Shown here piece after piece: positions 9,296 to 20,263 of a stretch of DNA of 64,000 nt. The notes under the pieces were generated by a model. That model did not search any database, had not been told where the DNA came from, and worked only from the letters and a program-made list of their open reading frames with translations. Positions within the stretch are counted from its first letter, which is position 1, and every line of letters begins with the position of its first letter. Position numbers and translations under genes: made by a program. This DNA comes from an uncultured virus (IMG/VR IMGVR_UViG_3300032770_000008) (lineage: Duplodnaviria; Heunggongvirae; Uroviricota; Caudoviricetes): the IMG/VR virus record IMGVR_UViG_3300032770_000008; one strand, 5' to 3'.

Positions 9296-10322
9296 CCCCG
9301 CGTCAGCACGATCATGGCGCCGAGCACGATCGCCGCGACGCCCTGCGCGACGACGAGCCAGCGCAGGAGGATCCGGATCACCGACTCGCGGCGCGGCCGC
9401 GGCGCCGTGACGGCGTCGTCATCCGGCGCGCCCTCGGCGCTCCACGCCGCGGTGTCGCTCGCGAGCTCCCGCGCATGCGCGTCGTGGCAGCGCGGACAGC
9501 GCGGCCGCTCGCCGAGGATCGTCGTGCCGCAGTCGATACAGCTCGTGACCGTCATGGAGTGGCGACCTCATATTTGGGATTGCGGCGGCCGCAGCGGTTC
9601 GGCGGGCGCGGGATAGGTGATAGGCCCGCGAAGCGGCGCTCGCCGCGCACGCATTCCCACACGAGCGTCTGCGATACGTCGAAGCGATCGGCGATCTCTT
9701 GCAGGGAGAGATCGCCGAGCGCGTAGAGCTCGCGGATACGCGCGATTGCGATGTCGTCGACCGGGGGAACCCAATCGGCGTGCGTGATGTAGAGCTGCGC
9801 GGTCGTGAGCAGGATGATCGTCGCGCCGACGCGGCCGATCTCGACGAATTTTCCCCGGACGCGGATCGGCGGGCGTTGTCGAAAGTTACCGACTCTCACC
9901 GCAACGCCTCCTGGGCCGCCGCGATGAAGCGGCGGAGCTCGCGCGGCGTGATCCACGCGCTGGCAGACGCGTCGGGGCTGCCCGTGATCGCGAGGTAGCT
10001 CGGTCCGCGGGGGCCGAAGTTCTCGAAGAGGATCTTGCGATTGGAGAGTGCGCGGATGCGACGCTTGACGCGGGGCTTGACCTTCACGCGGCCTCCGCCA
10101 GGCCGAGCCGATCCGCGCAGCCGTCATGGATCGCATGCCATGTGTGGATCTTCATCTCCCGGAGTACGCCGAGCACGGAGTGGCGGCGCTTCTGCCGGTA
10201 CCACCCGGGCCGATTCGGATCGGGCTGATCCCAGAGCATGCGCCGGGCTTCGGCGAAGCTCATGCCGAGCCGATGCTCCTCGTAGGTCGCGCCGCAGACA
10301 CATTGCGGCGGAGTTCGCTTCG

Positions 10323-10937
10323 TCATGGGGCCTCTCCGGCGAACGCGGCGGCCATTCCGCGGCGCGATTGGTCGATGGCTTCTTCCTCGACGATCGAGAC
10401 GAGCCGACTCCACGAGCTGATCGAATGCGCGGTCCATGGCACGGGCTCGCCCGTGTTGTGGGGCGTTCGCCAGAACACGCCGCACCGGCCCGGCCAGCGC
10501 TCGAGCCACGCGCGGACGTGTGGCGCGTGATCGTCGACGAAGACGTCGGCCTCGAAATCGTGCTTCTCGTTCTCGTGGTGAACGTGGTCGGCGGGGATCG
10601 CGAAGTGATAACAGAGCCAGTCGGTGCGTTCCTGCTGCCAGGAGGCACTCCCAGGCCACGGAGATGTGACGACGTGGACGTCGCCGAGCTCGCGCAGCTG
10701 GCGTACGCCGGCGATCGCGCCCGGGTAGACGTCGAGCGTCGAGCAGAAGCTGTCCGACGTGCGAATCGCTTCCTTCACGCGCCGGGTCTCGTCGTACGAG
10801 AGCGCGAGCGCCTTGCAGAAATCGAAGCGATCAACATCGGTCTCGCGCCAGCGCTTGCCGGTGACCTGTTCGATGACGCGGAGGGCACCGGCGGTGAAGT
10901 TGCTCAGGAGTCCATCGCTGTCGAGTGCGATCCGCAT
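10323..10937 (-). CDS. HAD-family 5'(3')-deoxyribonucleotidase (NT5C-like)
   Basis: N-terminal 'IALDSDGLL' DxD motif, 'VVTSP', 'DVFVDD'. Confidence 0.8.
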   Translation of the reverse strand: MRIALDSDGLLSNFTAGALRVIEQVTGKRWRETDVDRFDFCKALALSYDETRRVKEAIRTSDSFCSTLDVYPGAIAGVRQLRELGDVHVVTSPWPGSASWQQERTDWLCYHFAIPADHVHHENEKHDFEADVFVDDHAPHVRAWLERWPGRCGVFWRTPHNTGEPVPWTAHSISSWSRLVSIVEEEAIDQSRRGMAAAFAGEAP

Positions 10938-11154
10938 TAGTCCGTCTCCCCGACGCCGTATACGGTCGATCCGTCGAGCACGAGCGCGTCGATCTCGGTG
11001 CAGCCCGGATCGATGTCGATCGCGAACAGGCCGCCGACCATCGTTTCGCCGTCGTCGTTTTGGACGCGGACGATCACTTCCATGTCGGGTGTCGCCTCGG
11101 CCTTGCCGGCGAGCTCGGTGAGCTTGGTGAACAGATCGCGGAACGTCATTGTCT

Positions 11155-11565
11155 TCACGCCGCTCTCCTCATCGTGAACGCCTCGATCACGGCGGTCTGG
11201 AACGTGGGCGTGCGCGTCTCGCCGAACGTCTCGGGTGTCAGGATCCCCGGCATCGGCGGGCGCGTTAGATCGATCTGCGTCTTGCCGAGTTCTCCGGCGC
11301 GCTTCCACTCGAGGATCATTCCGCGCGAGAACTCGCCGCCGACCGCGACGACGCCGTCCGCGCGCTCAAGCGCGGCGATCGCGTCGCGCAGTCCGCGCTC
11401 GCGATCGATCATCGTCTCGGCGTACGGGATCCACGGCGCGGCGATGACGATGTTGGGGATCGCGTCGATGAGCGCGCGTAGCCAGAGTTTGGCTGAGGCG
11501 ACGTTCATGGCGCGCGTGGTGCCGATCGAGACGGGGTGGAGTAGGAAGAAGATGGGGAGCGTCAC
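11155..11565 (-). CDS. Nucleoside 2-deoxyribosyltransferase-like fold protein (DUF4406-like)
   Basis: 'LERADGVVAVGGEFSRGMILE' pattern. Confidence 0.5.
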   Translation of the reverse strand: MTLPIFFLLHPVSIGTTRAMNVASAKLWLRALIDAIPNIVIAAPWIPYAETMIDRERGLRDAIAALERADGVVAVGGEFSRGMILEWKRAGELGKTQIDLTRPPMPGILTPETFGETRTPTFQTAVIEAFTMRRAA

Positions 11566-13535
11566 GCGGCTTCCTTTCGTAGATCGTTCGAAGTCACGGT
11601 GCAGAGCGCCGTCGTATCGCCGTACGATGTGCCCTTCTTCAAATCGACGCGCGACGGCACGCGCAGCTCGGGCGCGACCGAGACCATCACCTCGGCCATG
11701 TGCCGCGCGCGATCGTCGGAATCGTCCGAATAGTCGAACTCGTCGTGAACGGTGAGCTGGAGTGGATAGCCCTCGCGATCGAGCGCGATGAGCGCGAGCT
11801 TGGTCTGGCGCGCGGCCGCGTACTGGATGAGCTTGTTGAGCGCCTTGTGCGATTGCATAATGGCGCCGTTACTATCGAGCTCGAAGTGGATCCGCCGTCC
11901 GTCGATGCCGCGGATGTACTTCTTGTCCTCGCCCGCGCGCTGGCACTTGCGCATGAGCGCCTTGACGTACGGCACGCCGCGATCGAACTTGTCGATAATC
12001 GCCTGCGCCTCGGGACCGGCGGCCTCGTACTCGTAGCCGGTTCGATCGTTCACCTTCATGACCGTCGGCTTCTTGAGTTTCTTTGCCATTTTGCCGCCGC
12101 CCATCCCGTACCCCCGCCCCAGGTAGATCTCTTTCAGGTCGTCGCGTTTCTCGTCGGGCACGAGATCGACGAGCATCTGGTAGCAGTCGTAGAGCGGATC
12201 GCGGCGGAGGATGTCGCCGGCCTGGCGAGCGCCCGGCAGCCGGCACTCCTCGCTGTAGTGGATGATCCAGCGCGGCTCTTGCTGGCTGTAATCGCCCGAG
12301 TACCAGTTCTTTCCCTCGTCGGCGACGTACACCTTGCGCCAGCGTTTCTGGATTTCCTTCGAGCGCTTCATCGACGCCTGCACGTTCGGGTGCTTCGCCG
12401 ACACGCGTCCGAAGCGAGCTCCCTCCGCCTCGTCCTCGTCTTCGGCGTCGTCGCTGTCGCTCGCGAGCTGTTTGAATGTCGGGTGCAAGCGATCTTTGAT
12501 CAGGTGCTTGCGGACGCCGCCGACGTACGTGCCGAGCAGCTTGTCGAACTCGCGGCCGGAGATGATCGCGCGCGCGACGGGATCATCGATCTGTTGGAGC
12601 CACAGCTTCTGAATCGTCGGCACCATCTTGTGCGTGCCGCCGTGCTCTTTCATCGGCACGTGGATCCCGCGCTTGCGCAGGGCCGGTGCGATTTCGGCGC
12701 CCTTCGCCAGCGAGTTGATGCGAATTCCGGTGAGGTGATGGATTTGATCGATGTAGTTCTGGCGGCGCTCTTTCGCCCATGCCTCGATGCGATCGAGCTC
12801 ATCGAGATCGACGCGGATCCCCAGGCGCGTCATGCGCACCAGCGCCGGGGTCACCGCGCACTCCATTTCGTAGGTCGTCCACAGGCCGAGCTCTTCGATC
12901 TCTTTCTCCTGGCGCCGGAGTAGCGCGAGCGGTGCGCGCACGTCCTGCTCGCCGTACGCGCCGACCGCGCCGGCGTGCAGGCGCCACAGGCCCTTCTTCG
13001 GATCGACGCCCCACACCTTGGCGTGCTCGCGCAGGGCGCGCTCGTCCTTGCCAGGCAGGCCGCGCCGCGCGCAGACGGCGTCTATGTTGTAGTTGGTCTG
13101 GAGCTCGTCGATCACGGGCTCGGCAACCTGCGTGTCGCGCACCTTCTGACGCACGCCGATCGGGACCTTGTATTCCCAGAACCAGTCGAGATCGTACGGC
13201 GCGTAGTTGAAGACGGCCTCGCCGTTGAAGCACGCGACCTGATCGCGGAGGTACCGCCAGACTTGCTCTTCGTCGAGGTTGCCGCCGCCCTCGTGGCGGA
13301 TCGGCAGGTAGTACGCGGGACCATCTTCGATCGCGAACGCGATGCCGCAGACGTAGCCGCCGCGCCGCACGCCGGGGCCGAGTTTGTGGAGATCATCGTC
13401 GCGGCATTCAACGTCGAGACAGATGCGCTTGGCGTCGGACCAGCTCGGCAGCGTTGCGAGGTTTGGCGCGGTCCATGTGATCGCCGGCTCGAAGAGCGGG
13501 CGTTGCAGCCAGCCAGGATCTCTCGCGGAGATCAC
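11562..13535 (-). CDS. polA: DNA polymerase family A (3'-5' exonuclease plus polymerase)
   Basis: Exo I 'LDVE', Exo II 'NYAPYD', motif A 'DYSQQEPR', motif B 'K..YLGRGYGMG', motif C 'TVHDE'. Confidence 0.93.
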   Translation of the reverse strand: MISARDPGWLQRPLFEPAITWTAPNLATLPSWSDAKRICLDVECRDDDLHKLGPGVRRGGYVCGIAFAIEDGPAYYLPIRHEGGGNLDEEQVWRYLRDQVACFNGEAVFNYAPYDLDWFWEYKVPIGVRQKVRDTQVAEPVIDELQTNYNIDAVCARRGLPGKDERALREHAKVWGVDPKKGLWRLHAGAVGAYGEQDVRAPLALLRRQEKEIEELGLWTTYEMECAVTPALVRMTRLGIRVDLDELDRIEAWAKERRQNYIDQIHHLTGIRINSLAKGAEIAPALRKRGIHVPMKEHGGTHKMVPTIQKLWLQQIDDPVARAIISGREFDKLLGTYVGGVRKHLIKDRLHPTFKQLASDSDDAEDEDEAEGARFGRVSAKHPNVQASMKRSKEIQKRWRKVYVADEGKNWYSGDYSQQEPRWIIHYSEECRLPGARQAGDILRRDPLYDCYQMLVDLVPDEKRDDLKEIYLGRGYGMGGGKMAKKLKKPTVMKVNDRTGYEYEAAGPEAQAIIDKFDRGVPYVKALMRKCQRAGEDKKYIRGIDGRRIHFELDSNGAIMQSHKALNKLIQYAAARQTKLALIALDREGYPLQLTVHDEFDYSDDSDDRARHMAEVMVSVAPELRVPSRVDLKKGTSYGDTTALCTVTSNDLRKEAA

Positions 13536-14003
13536 GCCTTGACCTCGCGCGCGTGCTCGGGCAGCGCCTTGGGATGCAGATCGTCCCCGAGCTTGGCGTG
13601 CTCGGGGCAGTAGTCGTACATCTTCGTGGGGCCGCGCGACGGTCCTGCGGCGACGAAGCCGTGCCGCCAGCCGCGCAGCGCGGCGAGCTGACGGGTCTGA
13701 TCAGCGCGCGGCAGATCGAGCGCGATCCGCTCGCCGCAGGCGGGGGCATCGCACGCGATCACGTAGACGTGCAGGACGCTCATGACGGCTCCCCGCGATC
13801 TTCGATGACGACGACGTCATGCCCGTCATGTGTTTCGAGTCGGACGAGGCGCCTCATCATCTCTTGCGGCGGCTCGAGCGCGCAGAGCGTTTCGATCCAG
13901 TTCGCGCGGTAGGTGTTCATCAAGATGAGGAGCCGGCGCTCGGTGTCCTTCACGTCGCCACGGTTCCAGGCGGCGATCGCGCCGTTCGCGAGATCGATCG
14001 CGC

Positions 14004-14516
14004 TCATTCGCCGGCGCTCCCCCACGCGATCGCCGGTGCGACCTCGCGCAGGATCTCTCGCGCGCGCTCGCGCGCGTTGCCCGTCCACGATCCGGCATTG
14101 CGCCCGCTTGGGTGCGGTAGCGATACGAGGTGCATCTCACCGTTGGTCCGGGACACGATCTCGTGCGTGAAGAAGGGCTGCCCGTAACCGAACGCGTCGG
14201 CGACCTTGCGGCCGAGCATCACGATCGTTCGCCATGGCGCCGATGGATCGGCGACGAGCAGCGCGGCGCGGCGCCGCGCTTCCCTCATCGACCACGATCC
14301 GTTGCACAGATTGCCGCGGTGGAGCGCGAGGTACTGGTGCTGCGGCAGACCGAGGATCCGGCGCAGGTTGTAACCAGCGCAACCGACGGGGTAGCAGTAG
14401 AGCGCGTAGGACGGATCGCCGTGCCCGGCGAAGTAGGGATTCGCCTCGCCGACCAGCAGCACGCTCGGCGGCGCGAGCTCGCCGCGGATCTCCTCGCGCG
14501 CGACGCAGTCGATCAT
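14004..14516 (-). CDS. Uracil-DNA glycosylase-like protein
   Basis: 'LLVGEANP', 'VMLGRKVA', 'LPHPSGRN' UDG-superfamily motifs. Confidence 0.65.
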   Translation of the reverse strand: MIDCVAREEIRGELAPPSVLLVGEANPYFAGHGDPSYALYCYPVGCAGYNLRRILGLPQHQYLALHRGNLCNGSWSMREARRRAALLVADPSAPWRTIVMLGRKVADAFGYGQPFFTHEIVSRTNGEMHLVSLPHPSGRNAGSWTGNARERAREILREVAPAIAWGSAGE

Positions 14517-14881
14517 GCCGCCCTCCGCCGACCGGCCTTATCGAATCCCGGCCGGAACCGCTGCCCGTCGCTCGCGTTGCACGGGATGCACAGCGCGCGC
14601 ATCGCGACGCCGGCCTCGTATTCCTTCCAGTACCGCGCGTACCGGCGGTGCTGGTTCAGGCTCTCGTGCTGCCAGCCGATTCCGTTCTGGTGATCGACTT
14701 CGAGGTTCTCGTGACCCACTTGCTTGCCACAGCCGGCACAGATCCCATCGGGTGAGAGTCGCTTGATGAGATCGAGGCGGCGCTTGTGGGCGTACTTCGC
14801 TCTCTCGCGCGTGCGCTCGTTCGCGGTCATGCGCGCGCGGCGCGCGCGCGAGCGGAGTGTCGAGGGGTTGACAGCGATCAT
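14513..14881 (-). CDS. Small HNH endonuclease
   Basis: CxxC...LEVDH...LCxxCN. Confidence 0.65.
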   Translation of the reverse strand: MIAVNPSTLRSRARRARMTANERTRERAKYAHKRRLDLIKRLSPDGICAGCGKQVGHENLEVDHQNGIGWQHESLNQHRRYARYWKEYEAGVAMRALCIPCNASDGQRFRPGFDKAGRRRAA

Positions 14882-15993
14882 GCGGCCCCTTTGTAATCAA
14901 CGAAGATGTTTTGTGCCGCCTTCCAGATACGCCCGTCGCGAATATTCCGTACAGTGGCCGGATCGACATTGTATCGCTGTGCTACCACCGTCATGCGTTC
15001 TCCAGCATTGATCGCAGCCAAAATTTCTTTGGCAAGCTCAAGTGTTAGTTTGCGCGCGTGCCATTTCTTCTTTCCTCGCCAATCAACTGGAATGGACTGT
15101 GCCTTATACAAACCATGTTTAGATCGCACAAGCTCCTGATTGCGCGTGAGCAAATGAAGGGCTGAGTACGCAGTAGACCTGTTTATGCTTAAGAACCGAA
15201 TAATTTCACCCGCCGAAAATTCGGCGTTTGAGTTTTCCATGAACAGGGCGAGAATGCGCGAACGCAGCGACAGCGAAGCGTTTGCTGCTGTATCACTTGG
15301 TGAAAATCGCGCTTTGACCGTTTCCGGTAGACAATAGCGATGTCGTCCGAGCCGTACTTGCAATAATTTTCCGTCTTTGATTAGTTGTTTTAGTGCTGTG
15401 ATCGGCACATGCCCATTGCCGAGGCGCTCGCTGATTTCGCTGATTGACAGGAACAGCCCAGGAGAGAATAAAGCGAGTATGTTGTCCATTGTGATCATCG
15501 TCGAAGATCTGTGTGGAGCAACAGCTACATATGGAGCTGCATTCTGCTTACGCTTAGCTGTGCGAACGCGGTGACAACAGGCACAAATGATTTCGCATTT
15601 TGCGATCTCTTCTAGAATCAGTTGTAGCTTGTAGCCTTGTGAGACCATTTCAGCGATCGATTTGCTCTTGGGTCCGATATGATCAAAATCCATCGCGACC
15701 GGCGGAAAGCGGTTCCCACAGTCCAGACACGGAACGTCCTTTATTTTGTCGATGGCTATTTTGGCATTAACCTTGTTCTGTCGATCGCGTTCCTGTTTTT
15801 TTGATCTGTTGTTTGCGTTGTAGGAACGCCGGTAATCTACAAGCCGTTCAAAGTTGTCCTTCGCGTACGCGCCGCGACATTCCCAACAGTCTCCACGTTG
15901 CGTTGTTACGCCAGAGCGCAACACGAAAGATGCAAAGCGATCGATCGGTTTTTCTTGGCCGCACTTCTTGCAAGTCTTTAATGCTATTGTCAT
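14878..15993 (-). CDS. HNH-type endonuclease with multiple C-terminal HTH domains (low-GC insert)
   Basis: CKKC/CWEC zinc knuckle, 'PCLDCG..FPPVAMDFDH...CEIICACCHRVRT'; markedly AT-richer than flanks. Confidence 0.7.
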   Translation of the reverse strand: MTIALKTCKKCGQEKPIDRFASFVLRSGVTTQRGDCWECRGAYAKDNFERLVDYRRSYNANNRSKKQERDRQNKVNAKIAIDKIKDVPCLDCGNRFPPVAMDFDHIGPKSKSIAEMVSQGYKLQLILEEIAKCEIICACCHRVRTAKRKQNAAPYVAVAPHRSSTMITMDNILALFSPGLFLSISEISERLGNGHVPITALKQLIKDGKLLQVRLGRHRYCLPETVKARFSPSDTAANASLSLRSRILALFMENSNAEFSAGEIIRFLSINRSTAYSALHLLTRNQELVRSKHGLYKAQSIPVDWRGKKKWHARKLTLELAKEILAAINAGERMTVVAQRYNVDPATVRNIRDGRIWKAAQNIFVDYKGAA

Positions 15994-17225
15994 TGGACAA
16001 TTACCAGTTGCTTACTCGCACGTGTCAAAGCGGTATATTTCCAGCGGCTGGCATTGTAGCCAAAGGTAGCTGATTCATCAAATACCAATACATTTGGCCA
16101 ACTTGAGCCCTGACTTTTGTGGCAGGTAATTGCCCACGCGTAGCCGACTTCCGCGTGATCACGTCGCCGTACATTTGCTAGTTCCTCTTCGCGCGCCATG
16201 AAGTGATGGAGCCACGCGCTGCACTCGATGCTGCCGTCCTCGTCTTCGAGCTCGATCTTGGCGGTCATCGCGTTGAGGTTCGGGATGCAGCGCGATACAA
16301 CCGACGTCGCACCGTTGAGCAGGCCAAGCTCGTGATCGTTGCGAAGACAGATTGCTTTGTCGCCCGGCACGGGAGCTGGCTCGTCCGCGCGTCCGAGTAG
16401 ACGACGGATCTTCACGTTGCACGCGTGTCGAGTCTTGTTGCGGCCGACGATCATGATGTCGGTTGTGAGCGCGCGCTGTTCGAGCGATGGATCACCGCGG
16501 CGCAGTACCTCACAGTCGCCGTGCTTACCGTATGGCAGGGGCTCGCCGCGGCGCGCGAGACCGGCGAGGAAGTGGATCGGGCTGTCGGCCTCCTGGCGAT
16601 GGATCTCGGTGAGTAGGAAGTCAGGTTCGCGCGCCGTGAAGTAGCCCTCGCCGTAGACGGGTGGAAGCTGTGCTGGATCGCCAAGCACGAGCAATTTAGT
16701 GCCGAACGATTCCAGATCGCGCCCCATACGCTCGTTCGCCATGCTGATCTCGTCGATTACGCAGAGGGCCGCATGACGGAGCGCGCTGCCCGCGTTGAGG
16801 ACGAAGCGTGGTCCGTTCTTTTTTGCGTCGTCTTCTTCGGCGCGCCGGATCTGAGCTTCGATACGATCGGCAGTTTTTTGCGCGTCTGGATCGCCCGTCG
16901 CGCGCAGGCGGGCGACTTCGGCGTGCAGCGTGAGCAGCTCTTCGGCAGTGAGCGGTACGTTGTCGCCGGTTGGTTGATAAATGAGTGAATGCACTGTGAC
17001 TGGATTCGGGCAGCGCTTCTCGCGCAGCACTTTGGCCGCTTTTCCCGTCGGAGCGCAGAAGATGACATCGCCGTCGACATCTTCAGCGAGATCTTTCGCG
17101 AGCGTCGTTTTTCCGGTGCCCGCGTAACCGGCGAGGTAGAACACTTGTGGGGCATGCGGATCGGCGAGCCAGCGTTTCACGGCGAGGAGCGCGCGATCTT
17201 GTTCGGGCGTGTGGAAAAGTTTCAC
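15990..17225 (-). CDS. RecD/Dda-like SF1B DNA helicase
   Basis: GYAGTGKTT, APTGKAA, DEISM, GDPAQLPPV, HKSQGS, YTALTRA. Confidence 0.92.
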   Translation of the reverse strand: MKLFHTPEQDRALLAVKRWLADPHAPQVFYLAGYAGTGKTTLAKDLAEDVDGDVIFCAPTGKAAKVLREKRCPNPVTVHSLIYQPTGDNVPLTAEELLTLHAEVARLRATGDPDAQKTADRIEAQIRRAEEDDAKKNGPRFVLNAGSALRHAALCVIDEISMANERMGRDLESFGTKLLVLGDPAQLPPVYGEGYFTAREPDFLLTEIHRQEADSPIHFLAGLARRGEPLPYGKHGDCEVLRRGDPSLEQRALTTDIMIVGRNKTRHACNVKIRRLLGRADEPAPVPGDKAICLRNDHELGLLNGATSVVSRCIPNLNAMTAKIELEDEDGSIECSAWLHHFMAREEELANVRRRDHAEVGYAWAITCHKSQGSSWPNVLVFDESATFGYNASRWKYTALTRASKQLVIVQ

Positions 17226-17577
17226 TATTCACCCTCCGCCGCGCGGAGTCGCTCCGCGTGCAGGCCGCGGATCGGCGCCACGGTGCCGATCGTCGCGATG
17301 CACGGCGTGTCCCCGGCGGCGCCGCACGTGGGGCACGAAACGACGCACGCCGGGTGACGGGGAGGTTGATCGGAAAACCACGCCGTGTCACGGGCGTGAT
17401 CGTTCACGGAATGCGCGACAGGAGAACGCATCGACAGGTCACCACCTCAGGAACAACGAATGCGACAGGTACGAGCGCCATAAAAGGGCGGCCCTGCCGC
17501 CGCCGACCTGTCAGCGGCAGGCGGCAGAACCTTGAGCCGGTATCGCCTGTCTCGGCTACGCCGGCAAATTTCTGACA

Positions 17578-18498
17578 CTAGAAGGGCGCGGGCTCTTCCG
17601 CGTTCGGTGCCGGATCCTGGCTCATCGTCTCGTAGGCCGCCTTCGCGTGGCCCGCGAGCACGTCGTCGTGCAGCTTCTTGGCCGCGACGTAGCGCGGATC
17701 GTTCTTGCCGATGAGCGACGGCTTGAGATCGTCGCCGCCGAGCTCGGGCGACAGGACCGGGATGAAGTAGGTCCCCTTGGAGTTCGTCTCGATCTCGGTG
17801 GTCATCCGCACGCGGTGCGAGAACAAGGGGATCTGGCCCGGGTTGAACTTCTTCTGCACAGTCGTCCCGTCCGCCTGCCTCATCGGCAGGGTCGGGCTGA
17901 ACTGCGCCAGCTGGCTGTTCCACGCGCGGTAGACCTTGATCTTGGTCGACGCGAACGGGATGACGCCGAAGCCGACGATTTCGCGATCCTTGTGCAGGAT
18001 CGCGTAGACCTCGAACGTCTCGACGAGCTCTTGGGTCGGCAGCGGCTTGTTCTTTTCGTCGAGCTTGGGCTTGCCCTGGTCGTCGATCTGCGGGAACGGG
18101 ATCTTGCCGATGTTGCGGCCGTCGTTGCGCGCGATCATCGCGGCGACGATCTTCGAGCTCGGCTCGTAGCGGCCGCGGAAGCCGCCGCCGTCGTCGCGCG
18201 GCACGAACGCCAAGAAGCAGCGATCCGTGATCGCGGGCGTGAACGTGAGGTCGTCCATCACCTCGCCGGTGACGGTGTTGTAGATTTGCCCCGCGTGGTA
18301 CTTGCCCTTGCTCTCGACGACCTGCGGGCTGTTGGATTGGAGGACGACCAGCATGGGGATCTTGCGATCGACCATCGTCTGGTTCTCGTAGCCCTGGCCG
18401 AGATCCTCGCCGAAGTCGTCGAAGACTTCGATGGCGGTGGTCGGTGGCGGCGCGGTCATCGCCGTGGTGTCCTTCTTCGCAGCTTCTTTCGTGCTCAT
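17578..18498 (-). CDS. Putative phage single-stranded DNA-binding / replication accessory protein
   Basis: 'IPMLVVLQSNSPQV', acidic C-terminal tail ending 'EEPAPF'; located in the polA/helicase module. Confidence 0.5.
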   Translation of the reverse strand: MSTKEAAKKDTTAMTAPPPTTAIEVFDDFGEDLGQGYENQTMVDRKIPMLVVLQSNSPQVVESKGKYHAGQIYNTVTGEVMDDLTFTPAITDRCFLAFVPRDDGGGFRGRYEPSSKIVAAMIARNDGRNIGKIPFPQIDDQGKPKLDEKNKPLPTQELVETFEVYAILHKDREIVGFGVIPFASTKIKVYRAWNSQLAQFSPTLPMRQADGTTVQKKFNPGQIPLFSHRVRMTTEIETNSKGTYFIPVLSPELGGDDLKPSLIGKNDPRYVAAKKLHDDVLAGHAKAAYETMSQDPAPNAEEPAPF

Positions 18499-18705
18499 GT
18501 CGCTTGCTTCCTTCCTTCGTTCGTTTTGTTCAGCGCGGCGCCGAGGCGTCGCGAAATCGACGGCACTTTGTTTCCAGCCACGCGATCGCGTCGTCGTGGC
18601 GGGCGTGCTGGGTGTCGCGCGCGACGTCGCGCGCGAACGTCCTGAGCGGAACGTTGCTAGGACGCGCGCGCTTGAGGCGCGCGCCGGGCGTGCCGGTGCC
18701 GACGC

Positions 18706-19311
18706 TCACGCGTCCCTCCGCGCGAGCTTCGTCGTCTTCTGATCGAACACGTTGAGGCAGTCGCGCGGGACGATCTTGCCGGCGGCGACGAGCTCGCGGA
18801 TGAGCGCCGACAGCGTGCCGGCGTGGACGTCCTTGTACGATTGGGGATCGAACCCGCGCTCGCGCAGCTCGGCGGCGAGCTGCGCGGCGCGCTCGTCGTG
18901 GCCGCGATCGAGATCGACGACGATCTTGTTCTTGATCACGCCGCCGTTGCCGCCTTCCATGAGCCACGCGAACGCGCGTGCGCGCTTGTCGACGTGCTCG
19001 AGTCCAGGCAGCGAGGCGCGAATCTCGCGCTTGACGACGACCTCGATGCCCGAGCTCGTTGTGCACTTGTCGAGGCGCATTTTTTCGAGCAGCTCGGGGA
19101 TCTGGCGCTCGAGTAGATCGCGCTCGGCGTCCTTGGCCTTCTGGAGATCTTCCTCGGCGCGCTTGCGGCGCGCGATCGCGCGCTCGGCCAGGAGCGTGAG
19201 CCGATCGAGATCGGCGAAGGCTTGGGCGACGACGGCTCCATCCGGATCCGCGTCGCTCCCGAAGTCGAAGTCGTTTTCGGCGACGCCGGTGGCGTCATTG
19301 ACAGGTTGCAT
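18706..19311 (-). CDS. Conserved phage replication-module protein
   Basis: Coiled coil, then 'AFAWLMEGGNGGVIKN' and 'VHAGTLSALIRE' motifs seen in polA-phage modules. Confidence 0.55.
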   Translation of the reverse strand: MQPVNDATGVAENDFDFGSDADPDGAVVAQAFADLDRLTLLAERAIARRKRAEEDLQKAKDAERDLLERQIPELLEKMRLDKCTTSSGIEVVVKREIRASLPGLEHVDKRARAFAWLMEGGNGGVIKNKIVVDLDRGHDERAAQLAAELRERGFDPQSYKDVHAGTLSALIRELVAAGKIVPRDCLNVFDQKTTKLARRDA

Positions 19312-20263
19312 GCGATCGACGCTCGCACGCAGGTCTGACGGTGAGTCTCGGCGGTCAATCTGCCGAGCAGATGCAATCACAGAAGGACAGGTCATCGCAG
19401 GCGAAGTCGCCTTCTACGAAATCGTCGCGTGCGCCGTCAACGTCGAAACGAGCGCGATCGTCACAGCGCGCGATGACGCACGGACAGATCGTGTCGTGAT
19501 CGCACGCTGACGATTCGGATCTGTCCACAACGCGATTGCGGGGCGCGTCGTCGATCGATCCACAGGACGCACAAGTTGTCCACAGAACCCTTTGGCCTGC
19601 GGATCGCGCGAGATCGCGCGCGGCCTAACTTCGCCTGACCGAGATCGCGCGAGTGAGGCAGCGCTCGCACGTGATCGTCTCGTCCGCGCGCGCTGGCGCG
19701 TCGAGCTCGATCAAGTCGAGGCACTCAGCGCACCACGCGTAGCGCGCGCACGTCGCGCACGCATTCCACACCGCGCCGTGGACGCAGCGCGGTTGGGGGA
19801 CGTAGCTCGGTACGCGGCGGCGGGACACCGAGCGAGCGTAGTGGACCGGTGTGACAGTTACACGAACTAGATCCCGCGCGTCCACGGGCCGACGATCTGC
19901 GGCGCTTCCTCGCGGCGCACGGCGCGTACGACGCCCGACCACGGCCACTGCTTGACTCGGTGCCGGAACGACTCGAACACGAGCTCGCAGCCGCTGTCGC
20001 CGGCGAGCAGCGTGATCGGGGCCTTCTCGGTGATGATCGCGGTGAAGGAGGGGGCGCCGTCGATGCGGCGCGCGCCGGGCGCCTCCCAATCGACGCGCGG
20101 CATGCCGTTGTCGAGCGATGGGATCGCGTCGGCGAGGAGACGCTCGGCGAGCTTGAGCAGATCGGTAGCTTGTCCGTCGCGACGCAGTTGCTTGATGTAG
20201 GCGCGGGCGACGGCGAGCTCGGATTCGGTCATGATGGTGTCCTCTCTTCGTTGCGCTCGACCG

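Noticed and set aside
11562..13535. Intein or intron in the DNA polymerase
   Set aside because: The ORF is continuous and of normal length, with no intein terminal motifs
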